A stretch of 64,000 nucleotides of DNA, taken from assembly GCA_015680685.1 (NCBI GenBank), contig MNCI01001601.1, positions 393,049 to 457,048 of the forward strand, given 5' to 3'. This DNA comes from Gnetum montanum (lineage: Eukaryota; Plantae; Gnetophyta). The position numbers and the translations under genes are program-made. Below are positions 10,701-25,700 of the stretch, piece after piece. The notes under the pieces were generated by a model. It saw nothing but the letters and a program-made list of their open reading frames with translations. It was not told the origin of the DNA and ran no database searches. How positions within the stretch are numbered: position 1 is the stretch's first letter; each line of letters starts with the position of its first letter.

Positions 10701-13700
10701 CTGCTGTTCTGCTTCCAGGAATACTTGCACCATCTTCATAATATGTAATATAGTTGCCATCTTTGGTATTGTTTAAGACAATATCTTGACCTGGCTGATG
10801 TTCTACATTTAGATGTTGTTCTACATCGCTACCATCGTGTGCTGACTGTAGATTGCAAAAGTACTGAATAAGAAATAAAATGGAGATAACCTCATAAAAT
10901 ATTACTGAATAAAATGCGGTAAAACTTAACTGTTTTCCATCAAAACAAGACACTAGATAATCAACAACAATGTTTACAAAATGAAATCAGCATGATTTAA
11001 ATTAGATGTTGAAACTGTAGCTAGGCTCTTTTAGCATTCTTACTTTTTGGTACAACCAGTTCAGAATAAAAGAAGTTCTGTTAAGGAGAATTGAGATGTT
11101 AGAAGGATGCAGCACAGCAAAGCCTTCACATTAAAAGTCTTACCCGACTTGGAGCAGTTACTTTTGAGAACTGCTATGGGTCTCAAACCACCCTGTAGCA
11201 AGCTTACAATGCCCAAGAAAGCCTTGGATCAATCCGCCTAAAAAACTGAGAAATTGAACACTCTTGAAATAAGTGACTTAAAGTTGCGTGCACGCTCAAC
11301 TTCCCACGTGATGATTTGAACTACCAATATATTCTTGACTTTATTTTCAAGAAAAGAGTTGGGAATAATATTAAGACAAAATGGGGTGTAAAGACCCCTG
11401 GAGAAACTAGACAAGTTCAAAATGTATAATAAAACATATGATATGGGGCATAAACAGCAGGCATGTACCCCAGGTGGCCCTCGCAGGTTCCCATAATTCC
11501 CCACAAAATCCAACCCTCTATCCTAGAATAAAGACAGCTCATTTAGGAAAGGGAAGGGATTTACAACCACAAATGGGTCTCAAAATCCACAAAGTTGGTA
11601 GCCTCTTGAAATGTTTGAAAACGTTGTTCTTCAAGCCCAAGGGCTTTATTAGGATGGAGGGCTAGAGAGTTACACCTAATGTACAAATGCAACATGGCCC
11701 AAGCTGTCTGAATCCCCAGAACAATATAGGGACACTCGCCAGCACAAAACCAGTGCCTAGCATTATCTTCATGGTGTTGCAAGAACCTTATTATGATATG
11801 TTCTTCCTCCTGGGCTACTTGTATTTGCTGTAACCTTTCCTGTTCTGCCATTTGTATGGCTTTGGCCTCAGTCACACATTGTGCCTCTGCTGCCCTGCGC
11901 CTAACCTGATACCTCCATTAAGTTAATGTGAGTTCCTTAGAAGTGCAGTTGCCGTGCCATCTAGAATAGAACTATGTACCTTGGAAGTCCTACTCACCTT
12001 ACAGTCTTTGCAGAATGTCACTCCAATTGGCTGCAGAAGCCATGCTCCAAAGCTTGCCATTCTCTTGAAAATGGACACACTTAGGTTCCACTATTGGCAT
12101 GAACCCCACAGCTATGATCAATTTTCACCACAATCTGCAAGCCCAAGTAACTGAAAAACATGGATAAGTAACAGGGGTGGCAGCAATCATATGTGAGTTC
12201 CTCGTTTTCATGATTTGCCATGCTATGATGGAACTAACGAAGTCGCCAGTGGGAGCCTGTCTAGGTGACACACCGCTTAAGGCCTAGACCAACTGGCTGA
12301 ATGGGCAAGAGAAGATCAAATGAGTGGAAGTTATAGGCCCTTGAAGGGAGCAAAGAATGCAGGTGGTAGAGATATCGGGGCCACATTCACGTAGAAAAAC
12401 TTTAGTAGGAATAACTCCCTGATTTAACAACCATGTGAAGACTTCAATTTTTTAGTTATTTGTCCCTTCCAGCTGACGTACCATCACAGTACCTTGCCAT
12501 ATTTGAACTACAAGAGTTGTGTCAATCAGCAAGGTGTATTTAAACTAAGTTGACCAAGATATTAAATGATGAGAAATACCTTTCAAAACAGTGGAGTCCC
12601 CAGCTTGATAGGTTCATGATAGATATTTTCTTTTCATAATTTGAACTCACTATGCATTATGATTATTGAGAATGTGATTGACTAGAGTATAATGCCTAGT
12701 TAGAACAATATTCAAAATTTGGCATCCCAAGCCCACTTGATTGTCTTAGTTTAGAGATGGAATCCCAACCAACTAGATGAGTTCTTGGTTCCCTTTTCTA
12801 GCTAGACCAAACAAACCACTTGATGAAGGCATCTTATCTTTTAAACACTTGCATGGGAGGAACAATAACGGTGGCAATGTACTAAGTTATAGCAACCAAA
12901 ATAGAGCTCGTAAAGATGATTCTACCTCGACTAAAGAATCTGGAGGTCAAGGTCTCCACCCTAGATTGAATCCATTAGATGAGATGGTTCCATGTGACTG
13001 TCCTATTCTATGAATACACTGGTATAGCTGTCTTTTGGGGTTTTCCAGTATCAATCCCTAATGTTCTACAAATTTGATCCCTCATACAGACCTCTACTTG
13101 AACAGAGTGACCATTAGATTTACCCCAGTTCATGGCCAGCCCTAACTCAATTTGCATCTTATTTAGAGCCTTTTAAAATAGTAATGGCTTTAGGAACCAT
13201 AACTTTTGCTGTGATGATGATGTCATTTGCATAGTGCTTAGCTAGATATGTAATATCTTCTACCCACAGTCCTATACCCCCCTCTTGTTTACAATTTATG
13301 CTCATAATATCCATGGCTAAAATAAAAAGATAGGGGAAGAGGGGATCTCCTAGGTGCAGGCCCCGTTGGGGGGAGAAGAACCCCATGAATTTACTAGGCC
13401 CTTGATCTTTGAATATGTAGGCAAAGCTGGACAAATTTTCTATTGAGATTCTTCCTAATCATGATATCTTCCACAATGCTCCAACTTATCGAATTAGAAG
13501 CTTTAGCTATGTCAAGTTTAAGGAACATACTAGGGAATTTGGCTTTTGATGTCAACTGCAAGAGTTCCTACAGAAGAATAATCTGATCCTACATGCACCA
13601 CCCCTTCACAAATCTAACTTGGCTTTCCCCCACCAAAGCAAGCATGAGCGGTTGTAGCCTATGAACCAAAATCTTTGAAAAGACTTTCATGAGAATATCA

Positions 13701-16700
13701 CAAAGCTCAATGGGTATGTAACCTAACAGTCTCAAGGGATCTCTCATTTTAGGGACCAAGACCACTACTGCAATTTAACTCCTTCCTCACTTGTTCCCAT
13801 TGTAACATTCTATTGAACACATCAACAATATTATCATCCATCACATTGAAGAACTCTCTAAAATAATTCTATGGGCCAGCCATCCAGCCCAAGAGCCATT
13901 CCCAAATGCATGGTTAAAAAAACCTCTGCCTCTTCAACTTGGATAATAGGCCTTAAGGGACAGTGATTATCTTGTTCCTGCAACATTTTTTGAATAGGAA
14001 TAAATATGGGGGAGGAATTTCCTTGCTCCAAATAGACTTCCAGTATTGTTCTATGGCATCAGAAATTCTATTAGGATTTGAAATGAGATTATCATTAGTC
14101 TAGAGTATGTGAATCTAGTGAGCACCTTTCAAAGCCTTGGCTACTGCGAAGAAAAATTTCATATTCCTATTGTCCTCATTTAGCCAACAAATCTTGGACT
14201 GCTCTTTCTAGTATTGCTATTCCTCTCTGGATAAGGTCTGTAGCTCCCTAAGCACCTATGTCTTCTCCTCCACAAGGTCAACCCTAAGCTCATGTTGTGA
14301 TTAAATGTGTTGTAGTTATTGAAGTTGCTGCTCTTTTAGATACTTGAAGAAATATCATACCTACTTTGGTTGCAACTTGATGGAGTGTTTAACTTGCAAA
14401 AGAGCATGTTTAAGCAAGCCATGAGGGTCAATAGCAAAGGATTGTTGTCCTAGGCCCAAGGAATAGCCTCCTTCATCCAGTTTTCATGTAGCCAAGATCT
14501 GTTCAACCTAAAGGAGGTGTAACCACTTTGTTGTTGATTAAAAGATAAAAGCAATAGCCTATGATTTGAGACTCTATGATCCAAAGATACAAGGTTAACC
14601 TAAAACTGGGTCATAAGTAGTGAGCTAACCCAAACGCTATCAATGCTTGATAGGATCCACTCCATCTCTCTGCACCTATCACTCTAAGTAAACTTACATC
14701 CCTTGATATCCAATTCTACCAGTTGTAGTCCACCAACATCTAACCAAACTCCTTTTAACCTAGGGGGTGACTCATCTACCATTGGACTTTTCCCAACAAT
14801 GCATCTTTGGTTGAAGTCCCCTACAATGATCCAACAACTTCTATCCAAAATTGCTTCTCCTAGTTAATGAATTTGTTGTATCCTATCCTCCATCCTCTGA
14901 GGGCTCTAGAAGTTGATGATCCAGATATTTTTCCCTACGAGGAAGAGTGTTTGACTCTAATTAGAACTGCAAATATACAGATCATGTAATTTGGTCACTA
15001 TGGCTAGTCCACCAGCCCTACATCTAGAATCCACTAGAAAAGAGGTCCATCCTTGCCATTGGAGAATGTCTCTTTGCTCTGTAGTGACCTTAGTTTCTTG
15101 TAAAAAATGGCTTTACAACTTCCTTCTCCAACTAAATCTTTTAGGGCATTTCACTTATATCGGGTACCCTGTCCTTGACAATTCAAAGTACGGAGTCCCA
15201 TGGTCTATTGGTAGAGTGTTTTCTATAGACCTCATGAAGGGTCTCTTGAATCCCAAGATCTACGTCCTATTGTGTTTTATGGAGTCTATTCTCTTGAGAT
15301 GAAGGTTTCCTTGGCTTGTGGCCTTTAGTTGCCACCTTGAACCCAACATCATTCTTCTCCATTAGGATCTACCGCTTGACTGGTTTTGGAGGAGTAGAGA
15401 AGAGCACAAAGAAGCCCTAAAAGAGAGAAATCCAATCACCAAGAGGAGGCAGATCAACAGGAGTGTTGGATGCCAATCTATTCTTAGCTCTTAGGCTAGA
15501 TTGAGAATAACTGACTTTTGTAACAGCCGAATCTGTAACAAACAAGTTTGCAATGCCCACACCAATAATAACTATTTCCTTGACCAACACCATTTCGGTA
15601 ATAATAGCTTCAGTTATGACCTTTGATTAGCCTTGGCGGCACCCTCAATAGCATTAGTCTTAACATGCACCCCTGAGAAATTAGTATGTGCTCCAAGATC
15701 TCCAATCTTACTGTGGTGGCGATATCTGGCTATTGGTAGTCTATATCTTTTCCAAGAGGTTGAAAACTATTACTTATAAGGATATCCACTATTTTAGAGA
15801 TTTCGAGGGCAGAAGACCACAAAGCCTTCTCTTTCTTGCCAATGATCTAGCACTACTTACTTTGTGTAACCTTGCCCTTTAGGGTTTTATTCCCAAGGGT
15901 TGGATTCTTGTGTGTATCAAGGTCACATGTCCCTTAACTAGCTCTGCATAGTTGAATACATCTGTGTGACGTATGATTACCCTTACCATGGAAATCGTAG
16001 CTTGGACCCTGATTTGTCTAGCTAATCTTTTGCTTATCATTACCTGTAACTATAATATTCTCATACTCAACTGTGAAGGTTTCAGAACCCCAAGATTTTT
16101 GCATGAAAACCTCTTTCAAAAGATTTCCCTTCCTAATTGACCATCGCACATAGAAAAAAGCATACCCTTTCCCTAGAGGTAGTGAACCTATCAAAGGTGA
16201 TAAGCTTTGCAAGAAAGCCTGACAAGGTTTGGAGAAAAGAATAAGACCAAAACTCCCACAGCAAGCCCAAAATGTGAATCCAAACAAGAACCTTGTTGAA
16301 CAAATTTGGGTCCTTATTAGTGCCAAGGCACTAGTGAGTAAGAGCAAGTCCCCTAGCCCTAAAGAACTGGGGAGTGCCCTGCAGGATAGTATCTTAATCA
16401 CTATTTGATTGGAATACAAAGAGAAGAAGATCATTGTAAAGCACCCTGACCTCAACCTCAACAACCTTAGAAATAGCAACACTGCAGTAATTGATTTGTT
16501 CAATCCATAGGTGAGCCTCCAAAGAGACAAATTTACCAACAAGTCTACAGTCAAACTCTCAATCCATCTACTACCAATGCATCAAAACCCTAATATTTAG
16601 GGTTTTGTCAATGACCTTGGCAACATTGTTACCACTAGTCCCCATTTCCATCAGGAGGAGCAAGAAGTACTTTGTTTAGGGGCAGTGAGTAGACTTTGAA

Positions 16701-19700
16701 TCCTCAAAGGTTTCCCCCTCATTGACCTTAGGAGCAGTTGCCACATGAAGCTGAGCCAACCCATCTCTATCCTCTGGTATCTCACTCTTTAACCCTTCCT
16801 ATTTGTTGCTCTGCAACTTAAGTCCTTCAAATTGCTACTTGTCGTAGTAGCCTTGGCCACCATGCAAACCCTTTTGTTGCCAACCTCTGGGAGCTTGCTC
16901 ATGACACAAAGGACTTTGTCTCCCCCTAACAACCACGGCACTATCTACATCAAATTTGTTAGAAGAAACAATTTCATCACTCCCCCCACATAGGCCACTA
17001 ACTCTGCCTAGTCCATCCACTCCATGCACGCTACCAGCACCACCTATTCAGTGTATGACCAGCACTCCACTTGCCTCTACACTATGCACTCCACCCACAC
17101 CCTGCTACAATTGCTTTGCGTACTCCTCCCAAGCTCTGCACCCCACCTGCCTCTCCTGCTCTACTTGCTTTGTGCATGCCACAAACTTTGCTCATTACTC
17201 TCCTCCTTCAATACTATCATTCTTGATCTTTTTTTNNNNNNNNNNNNNNNNNNNNNNNNNTGCGGCCTGGGTGAGATGCTGTGAGCGATCGGGGGACCCT
17301 TCCCCCTCAGTGCGGCCACCGCTGGTGACCCCCCTGTTGTAGTCTCTTGTAACATATTTTTGCAATTTTCAGTAATAGAATCCCGAACACTTTCTCAAAA
17401 AAAAAAGAAAAAAAGAAAAGAAAAAAAAACAATCCAAAATTTCAGGGATTTTTGAAATCTCAGATCTCTCTAATCAACAACATTCTTGCCAGTGGTTGGA
17501 ACCCTTGTGTCAATTTATAAAGTATAAAAGTTTGGTGGAACACCACTTGCTTAGTTGCGTAAATAAACAGATAAACTCCCCTACGATCACCTGTAAAGCT
17601 GGTCTCAGAGTGCTTATTATGGCTTCTATCAAGTGTACATATCTCTCTGGATTTTTGTTTACTTGTAACAGTGGGTATCATTGTAGTCCAGATAATTTTG
17701 GGGCAGAGATGATGTTTCTTAACTTTGATCGCATACTCTTTCAAGTCTGCTTATTGTGAAATTGTTTCACTTTCTGATTCACATTTAATTGGCACAAAAA
17801 CATTTTTCTGAAGAAAAGTAAGGCACAAATATAGCAAAAACTTAAAAGTACAAATCTGAAAAGAGTTAAATGGTATGAATCTGTAGGTTACGAGCTTCTT
17901 AGCAAGCATCTGTATTCACGAGGACATGAATATAATCTTGACTTAAAGTTGCAAATCAAGGTTAGGAATGGGTTGATAACCTATAGATGATACTTTCAAT
18001 TTTTTTTGTTGTTTTAATTAAATTGGATGACTATGTAATATACCCATGATCTTGATTCCTCATTGATCTCTAAGATCCCAAAAAAAAAAAAATTTCTGGT
18101 CGTTTTCTCAAATTCTTTGATCTTGTGGTTAGTCCCATGTATGATATTTCAAAATTACAGTTCAATTCCAGTTAATGCCTTCAATGATTTGATAGAGGTG
18201 CTTGGAGGACACCTCAATTTCCCACCAAGTTTTATTGAGAATAAAGCTGGTTAAAAAGCAAAGACAAAAACAAATAAAGAACCCTAATATGTTCAATCTT
18301 ACAACTGTAGCTTTAGAAGAACTGCTCAGTTGTATGCATGTATTGACTGCAGAGATTCCATAAGAACTTGAAGCCTTGAGAATGAAATATTAGCAGGCTA
18401 GAAGAGGTTGATGAGTTGCATATTAAAGATGTCATTCAAATATCTCAGCTTCGAATACAATGAAAAACTCAAGAATAATGTTATAATAAATGGTCAACAT
18501 TTAAGGTTTTAATTTAAAATTGTCTTGAAAGGTAGTTTCTAGGCACATGTTTACAGGACTGCTTAAGGTTTGAATTGGAATGGATCTAAAGAGACTAAAT
18601 ACATTTTATGGTTATTGTGCTGTCCAATTTACTAACATAATATTATCAACTAAACTGAGCGTAAGATTGTACACAACAATCACTTCAATGAAATAATTAA
18701 TGCTAGAGAAAATAACAGAAATTAAATCCAAAAATTTCTCCAACCTGAGGGGTCCTTGTTATGTTGACTTTAGAACCCAACCATGTTTTACACCATGATA
18801 AGGAGTGATATGGAACCTGAACCAAACGATGATTTCCAAATATTAAATTTATTTTTAAATTACGGTAGTACCTAATCATAAAAATAAGCATGAAGTATAT
18901 TCAGAAGGTATCTACGTTTTGAAATGGGTTAACCGAAATGTTATACGCTTATTAGAAAACACATACAGTTTGGTCCCCACTAGTTGGCCCTGGATTACCC
19001 TCAACAGTATTCCCAGATCTGTCATGATATAAAAGTCAGTGTCATTTTCAAGCAAACAATCCAATAAACATAATTGCACCTATTTATCAAACAGAAAGAA
19101 TACAGTAAATTTTTAACAGTAATTTAATAGATACTAATTATTTTAAAAGCATAAAGCCAAATCCTTATCCTATGATCCATGAACATGCTCATTAGGTTAG
19201 CAACTTGGATAAAGAACTGAATAATTAAATTACAATAATGCCACGCATTATGGTGTGGCCATCCATTTGAGGAATTTATTACCAAAAGAGCAAAAGAATC
19301 TTGACACTATGACAACCTGTAAATGCCACTGACCTGGACTGCAAGGTTCCTCCTTCTTCATAGATGATGTCAGTAATTATCCAATTGTCAGGATAAGGTT
19401 TCCCACTTGGTGCAAAGTGATAGCCTACCTATCCACCAGTACTTAGTGAATGTTTTTAGCACAATGAAAAGGTTTCCTCAAGCTTATTAATGATTAACCC
19501 CAAAAACAATATAGTACATGCAGTTTCATACTTTTAAAGCTTTAATTAAAACAAAGAAATTAAGTATAAGAACCTCAGAGGTGTCATTAAATATAAAATA
19601 CTATATACTGAGTTTACAAATGGTCTGAACAGTTCTCAATTCCAATTCAGCAGACTAATGAACACGTGATATTTATCAAAAGAGAGGAATTTGAGCATAA

Positions 19701-22700
19701 AATGAATCTTATCAATGAATCAAACGTAAGTCATGCCCATGATTAGATACACAGAATTGAGGTAATAAATAACATAATAGGAGATGAAACAAAATGCAAC
19801 ATACTGGTTTCGCATGTTCTCATATTTGTAATGTAAATGCCATGGGTTAAACTGTATTCTAATTAAATTTAACATCTCTCTATTCCTAGGAAATTAATTT
19901 GGAAAATGGTAGTTGGTTAGCTCAAAGATGACCATATGACCCATGCATGTAGCCAGCGGTTTTCTCCTACTGAATAAGTTAGTTGTAAAAGGCATCATAA
20001 TAATGGCTTCTCAATTGTATATTGAACTTAAATCTTGCTGGTTGACCAGTAACAACTACTAGTTAAGCTACAATCTCTTACATTCTCAACTCTAACGATA
20101 AGGTCTAGACTGACACAAACAAATAATGTTCGCTCAATTTATCATAATAAGAGGCTGATCATAAGGCCTATATTATCTCCTATCTTTATCGACATTAACA
20201 AATTACTGATGAAAAGTGCCTTACTACTCTTCGTAATTGTAACAGTTGATGCATCAAGTACATAAAGCCAAATGTCCTCAAATACTATAATACTTTTAAG
20301 GAGATGCAGAGCCAAAGATGGAGGCTATTTTTTCCATTTGCTGAATAAGCTTGAAGTTAGAAAACAACTGTGTGGCTCACTTGTTTTAAGTTTGTTTTGT
20401 ATGCAGCCAAAAGGATGGAGTTTGGTATAATCCTATCCTTTTACTTTCTTTTCAAAACTGAAGTTTTATTGTCTGAATATACAAAGGATCTAATGGATAG
20501 ACATTACAATCAACCCATGAAAGTTGATTATTCATAAAGGCTTCATACAATGGCTAATAAAATAAAATTATAGGACTCATACAACTTTGTTTATGGCTTC
20601 ATGTAATGTAGGGTTGCATTCCTATATTGAAGACCATCCAACAAACTATTCATATCACAATCTAAACGTAAATTGATGTTTCTTTGGGTTCTATACTAAA
20701 TAAGCAAGGATTGGCTCACCATCGTTTTTAGACTTTACCTTGGTATACCTCTAAATAGGTGAGAAGGGATCATTGATTAGTTGGATTTAACATTAACAAA
20801 TTGTCTCTACTTCTTTAAAAACCTTCGAGTGTTTTATAATTCAACCTCCTTGAGTCCAGTCACTTTTAATATTAAGTCTAAGTATGTTTTTGTATAAGGT
20901 TAGATAGTGATGCTAATTTCCATTTGCAAGCAATATGCATGAAAAATAAATAGTGCAATCCATCCACTTTAAAGTATAGGATGAATATATTATTAAGAAT
21001 TATTTAATGTGTTCCTAATGCTATATGCTTCAAACAAGATACCAACAAATGTATCATATTACCTAATTATTAATTGTGAAATGAAATGAAATATCTTACA
21101 ACACAAAGAGCTTCTAATAATAATTCAAGTGGGTTTATTTTATGAAAAGCAAGCATACATAACCAAATATATAATCTTTCTTTTATGACCTGAATTGAAG
21201 AACATAAATGCTTGATAATAAAATGGGTTAGTATATTGAGCTTAAAAAAATAATTTACTTGCATAAAATAAAAATCTACACCATAGAGCTTTGGGCAGAG
21301 ATGAGCATGAACGAGAGTGAGAGTGAGGGCGAGTCTGGTGCATAGGGAGGCCTCCGTGCACGGAGCAAGGATGGGGTAGGCTTAGGTGGGCTAGGTAGCA
21401 TAGGCGAGAACCTGGGTGTCTAGGACATGACAGGTGGTGAACAGGAGTTGACGAAGACTATTGTGCTGAGCATTCGGGTCAAGGTCGGGGGTCTTGGAGG
21501 AGCCCACTCTGTTTGGGGCATTTGAGGCAAGAGGTATTGAGGGCTATGTTTGGGAGGAGGGCCCTATGAGATTGAAGATTGCAGTCGTTCCCAATGAGGG
21601 GATTCGGACCTTGGAGTGTAGTATCATTGGGAAGTTCGTCTTAGTCGACGCAAGCCCTAAGCTGGAGGTGATCCAGAAATGGGGGCAACATAGTGGCCCT
21701 TTTGTCTGATGGTGATGCATAGCCTCCCCAGGAACCTATTATTGTTCATTTTCCAAAAGGCCACTGAAAGGGATAGGGTTCTTCTAGAAGGGCTCTAGTT
21801 TATTGGGGCCTAGGGGTTGGACTTAACCCAATGGTGTCTTAGGGTGCATCAGACCACGATCCGTTCTCTCAAGCTCTGGTATAGATATGAGTGTCTAGGA
21901 TTCCTTGGGAGATGTGGACTCCTACCTTCCTATGGGCATTTGCAAGGTTCTTTGGGGAGTTTATTTCATTCGATAAGCCCACGACGTCTCTAGAGAGGAT
22001 GGGCTACATTGTGCCAAAAGATCTGGTTCAGGAAGTTGTCCTTGACCTTCCAACAGGGGAGGAGAAAGTTCATGTGGAGTATGAGAACATGGTGATTGAT
22101 ACTTAGTGGTGCAACGACCTCCATATGCACCTTGTGAAGTGTGCAGAAAGGGTGGTCATGTGACAGCGGACTGTCGGGCAACATCTGATGCTAGGGGCCA
22201 GAGGTTGTACACTTGGGGAAAGTTTGATGAGGGAATGCATGAGCCCCATGGGGCACATCTTTTCCTATAGTTTCTTGAGATTCATGGGCTAGTGGATATG
22301 GACATTAGGGGTTGCTAGTTCACATGGTGTAATCAAAGGAAAGGTAGGGATAGCGTGATGACAAAGATTGATAGGGTCTAGGTGGGGTCGAGCTTGCTCT
22401 TGGATTGAGGGTGGTTGTTCTAGGTAAGGAGCATGTGCTTTGACCACAAGTCCTTGTTATGCTAGGTTGGTCCCCTAGAGTTTTTTTTTTTTTTTTTGGG
22501 TTTTGGGGGGGGGGGGGGGGGGGGAGGGAGGGAGCAGAGGCCGGCAACCCATTTCAGATTCAAACACTGCTGGTTGACTAAGCTGTGGTTGAAGTCGTTA
22601 GTGGAAGAGATTTGGAAAGAATGCCCTGAGATTTTCTTAAGCAAGGTCTAACCCTACTCAAACAAAGCATTAGAGAGCTGAAGTTCAAAGATAACTACTC

Positions 22701-25700
22701 TTTTCAGTCCTATCATGGGAAGCTCCTAAGATGATTAGTAGCGATACAGGCACTGCAAGAACAGAGTTGTGACTGGAGGATAATGAGGGGAGGTGCTTGC
22801 AGCGCTCCAGAATCTGGACAAGGAAGAGGAAATCTATTGGAGGCAGAGGGGTAGGGTGTGTTGGCTTCGAGAGGGGGATCAGAATGCTCGTTTCTTTTTT
22901 GTTGCTGCCTGTTCTGCACGAATCTCCAAATAGATTAATTACATCACAATGGTTGGTAACAAGGTGGAGGAGAAACAAGAGATTGCCTAGGCAATGTTGA
23001 ATTATTGGTCAGAAATTTGGCAACGAAAGACAATGGTGCCTCTCACTATTGATATCGGCCGGATTTTGAACAAGGAGGATAATTAGTAGTTGTTGGCTTC
23101 CTTTAGCAAGGCAGAGCTTGAGGCAGCCCTTACTTCCATGAAAGAGAAGGGGGGGTTTGGAGAGGGAGGGCATTGGATACTAATGGGTGGCCGATGGAAT
23201 TTTTTAGGGCCTTCATCGATGTTCTAGGGGATAATTTGCTAGATGCTTTTAATGTGATGTTGTTTTGGGGGCAGGTTTGATGGGAAATCAATTGTTCTCA
23301 TTGATTCTTATCCTAAGAATGGATAACCCATTGATTCCTGCTCATTTCTGGCCAATAGGGGTGTGTAACACCCTGCTTCACCTATTCACAAAGATGTTGG
23401 TTGCCCGAATGAGGCCCTTGATGCCATGGCTGATGGGGGAGCAACAGGCTGGTTTTGTCAAGGGAAGGTACATCCAAGTTCAAATTATTTTGGTGTAGGA
23501 GGTGATGCACTTGCTCCTGGTGACTAGGTACCTAGGTATGTGCCTCAAGCTTGATATTATGAAGGCTTATAAAAGTTTCTTAGAGTGCTCTCCAAGAAAT
23601 CATGTTGAGAAAAGGGTTCCACCCTCACTTTGTAGACCTTTGTCTATATATGCAGGCATCTGGAGCTTTCTCTTTGGACATGGAGGGGAGGCTTTGGGGG
23701 TTTGCCTCCACGGGAAGGGGATTATGTCAAGGGGACCCTCTCTTGCTATATCTTTTTATTATGGTGATGGATGCAATGTGTGCATATTGCACTATGGAGG
23801 GGGTTAGAGGTTTAGATATTGAGGGTGTGCATTGCCTAGTGGAACATTATGTTGATGACACCATTTTGTTTTCTTGGGCAGCAATGTCCTGTGGAAGATG
23901 ATGTGTAGACATTCCACATTTTTAGGAGTTTGATCTCATCCTTCTATCTTTTCTGAATAAGATGAGATCCTAGTTGTCCATGCTTATCCATATTCATGTT
24001 TATCTATACCCATGATTGTCTCATCCTTGAATGTTGTTGGAAGAATCCAACTTTATATATTTGTAGCAGCACATTTTCAATATATACAGATTGAAGATTA
24101 GCAGATTAAAAAAANCCTACTTCGATGAATACGAGATAGGGTTGGGCATTGAACGGCCCAATTTCTGTCTTAGGCAAGGAGGGTGCTCTTGGCTAAGTCG
24201 ATGTTGTTCGCCATTGCTCAATACACAGCTTCAGTGGTCTTTCCTCTAGCAAATATCATACAAAATGTTGATTGGCTTATTTGGAACTTTACCTAGTTAG
24301 GGGGTAAAGGGGGTAGCCAGATGCATTTGGTAGGGTGGGATATGGTTGCCCAACCGAAGAATGCTGGGGGGCTTCGTATACTTCAGTTTTGGGATGTTAT
24401 CGGTATATCAGGGGCTTCTCAATCCTTTGGTTCAACAGGATTCTTCCCAAGCTCAATGAATTACACTCATGCATCGTAAGTACTAGCCCTGGGAGGCTTC
24501 TAGGCAAGTTTCACACATTTGGTAGGCATTGTGCTTGCACATGCGGGAGGTGATGTTGGCTGGCCTCTTAAACACGCAACCAAATCAGCGAATTCGCAAT
24601 AAATATGTAGAGATTGGGGGTGGTGGCAACTATAGAAGGGGTAGCTCCCCAAACAAATTAAAACATTTGTTTGGCTAATGAATCATTTGGCGTTACCTAT
24701 GCAGCAAAAGTTATGGCGATGGGGGGTTAATGTGTGTCCCACATGTCCACAATGCATGGCAAAGGTGGAAACTGTAGCGCATTTTGTTCAGGAATGCCCT
24801 TTTTCATAGCGGGTGTGCCGAGCGGCAAATTTACACACAATGACTCGATTTGATGGTAACTCTCGGGCATTGGCGATTTTGTGGGCTCTCTGGTAGGTGT
24901 GAAATTACCTCGTTTTCAAGGGGTGTTGCTGCCACCACTAACGTAGGTTGTTGTTGTTGGGGTCAGATTGTGGAGGGAGGCACATTTGGTGATGAAGCTA
25001 ATGCCCACATTTGATCCATCTTGCAAGGAGTACTACGATAACCCAATGCTATGATGATTGGTGATGCGGGTTGGGTGGGCAGATGTGTTGGCCCTGCTGT
25101 GGGGAGACCCCAATCTTGAGGCTAGGACTTTTTACACAAATTGGCTAGGAGATTATACATGTTTCCGAGGGTGTGCATTGAGCTCTCAGAGGAGGCCATT
25201 GCATGCTACTTGCAAGTGCTGGCGGTGGGGGAGGAGGTTTCACTGCAATGGCAGGGCTTGCAAGATGCTTAGGAATTCTTTTCAGGGCCTATCCCCAAAA
25301 CCAGGAGCAGCCAAGTGCCAAAGTCAACACTGGAACCACTTTGGCAAGATGTGGCAGTTTTGGTGGACCATTTCTTCGTGCACTCTGGCAATGCCTAGAA
25401 GTTGATGGGGATGCATTTTACCCTCATGTGTTGCCTTTGTAGGGGATGCTCCGTAAATTTTCCTTGTTTTTTCCTTACCATTCTGCACCAGCAAAGGCGG
25501 GGTACCCATTTGGGTCTTATATTGGCTCTCTAGAGGTTGGTGGGAAGGAAGATTAGTGTGCTGCTGTAGGGGTCTCCTGTCCAAGTTGTTTATGGCTGAA
25601 GGAGGTCACATGACATTCCTCCCACCATGGTGGACCTCACATTGGGGTCGGAGGAGTCCAATGAGCTGGAGGGGTTGAGGGGTTTGTAGCCTAAGTGGGT

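Noticed and set aside
17460-17759. Overlapping 87-94 aa ORFs on both strands
   Set aside because: No recognisable motif, and they are not needed for PSAT1 colinearity.
22481-22530. Poly-T/poly-G run here and poly-C at 50783-50828, as possible G-quadruplexes
   Set aside because: They coincide with missing L1 sequence or an N, so they are probably sequencing or gap-fill artefacts.
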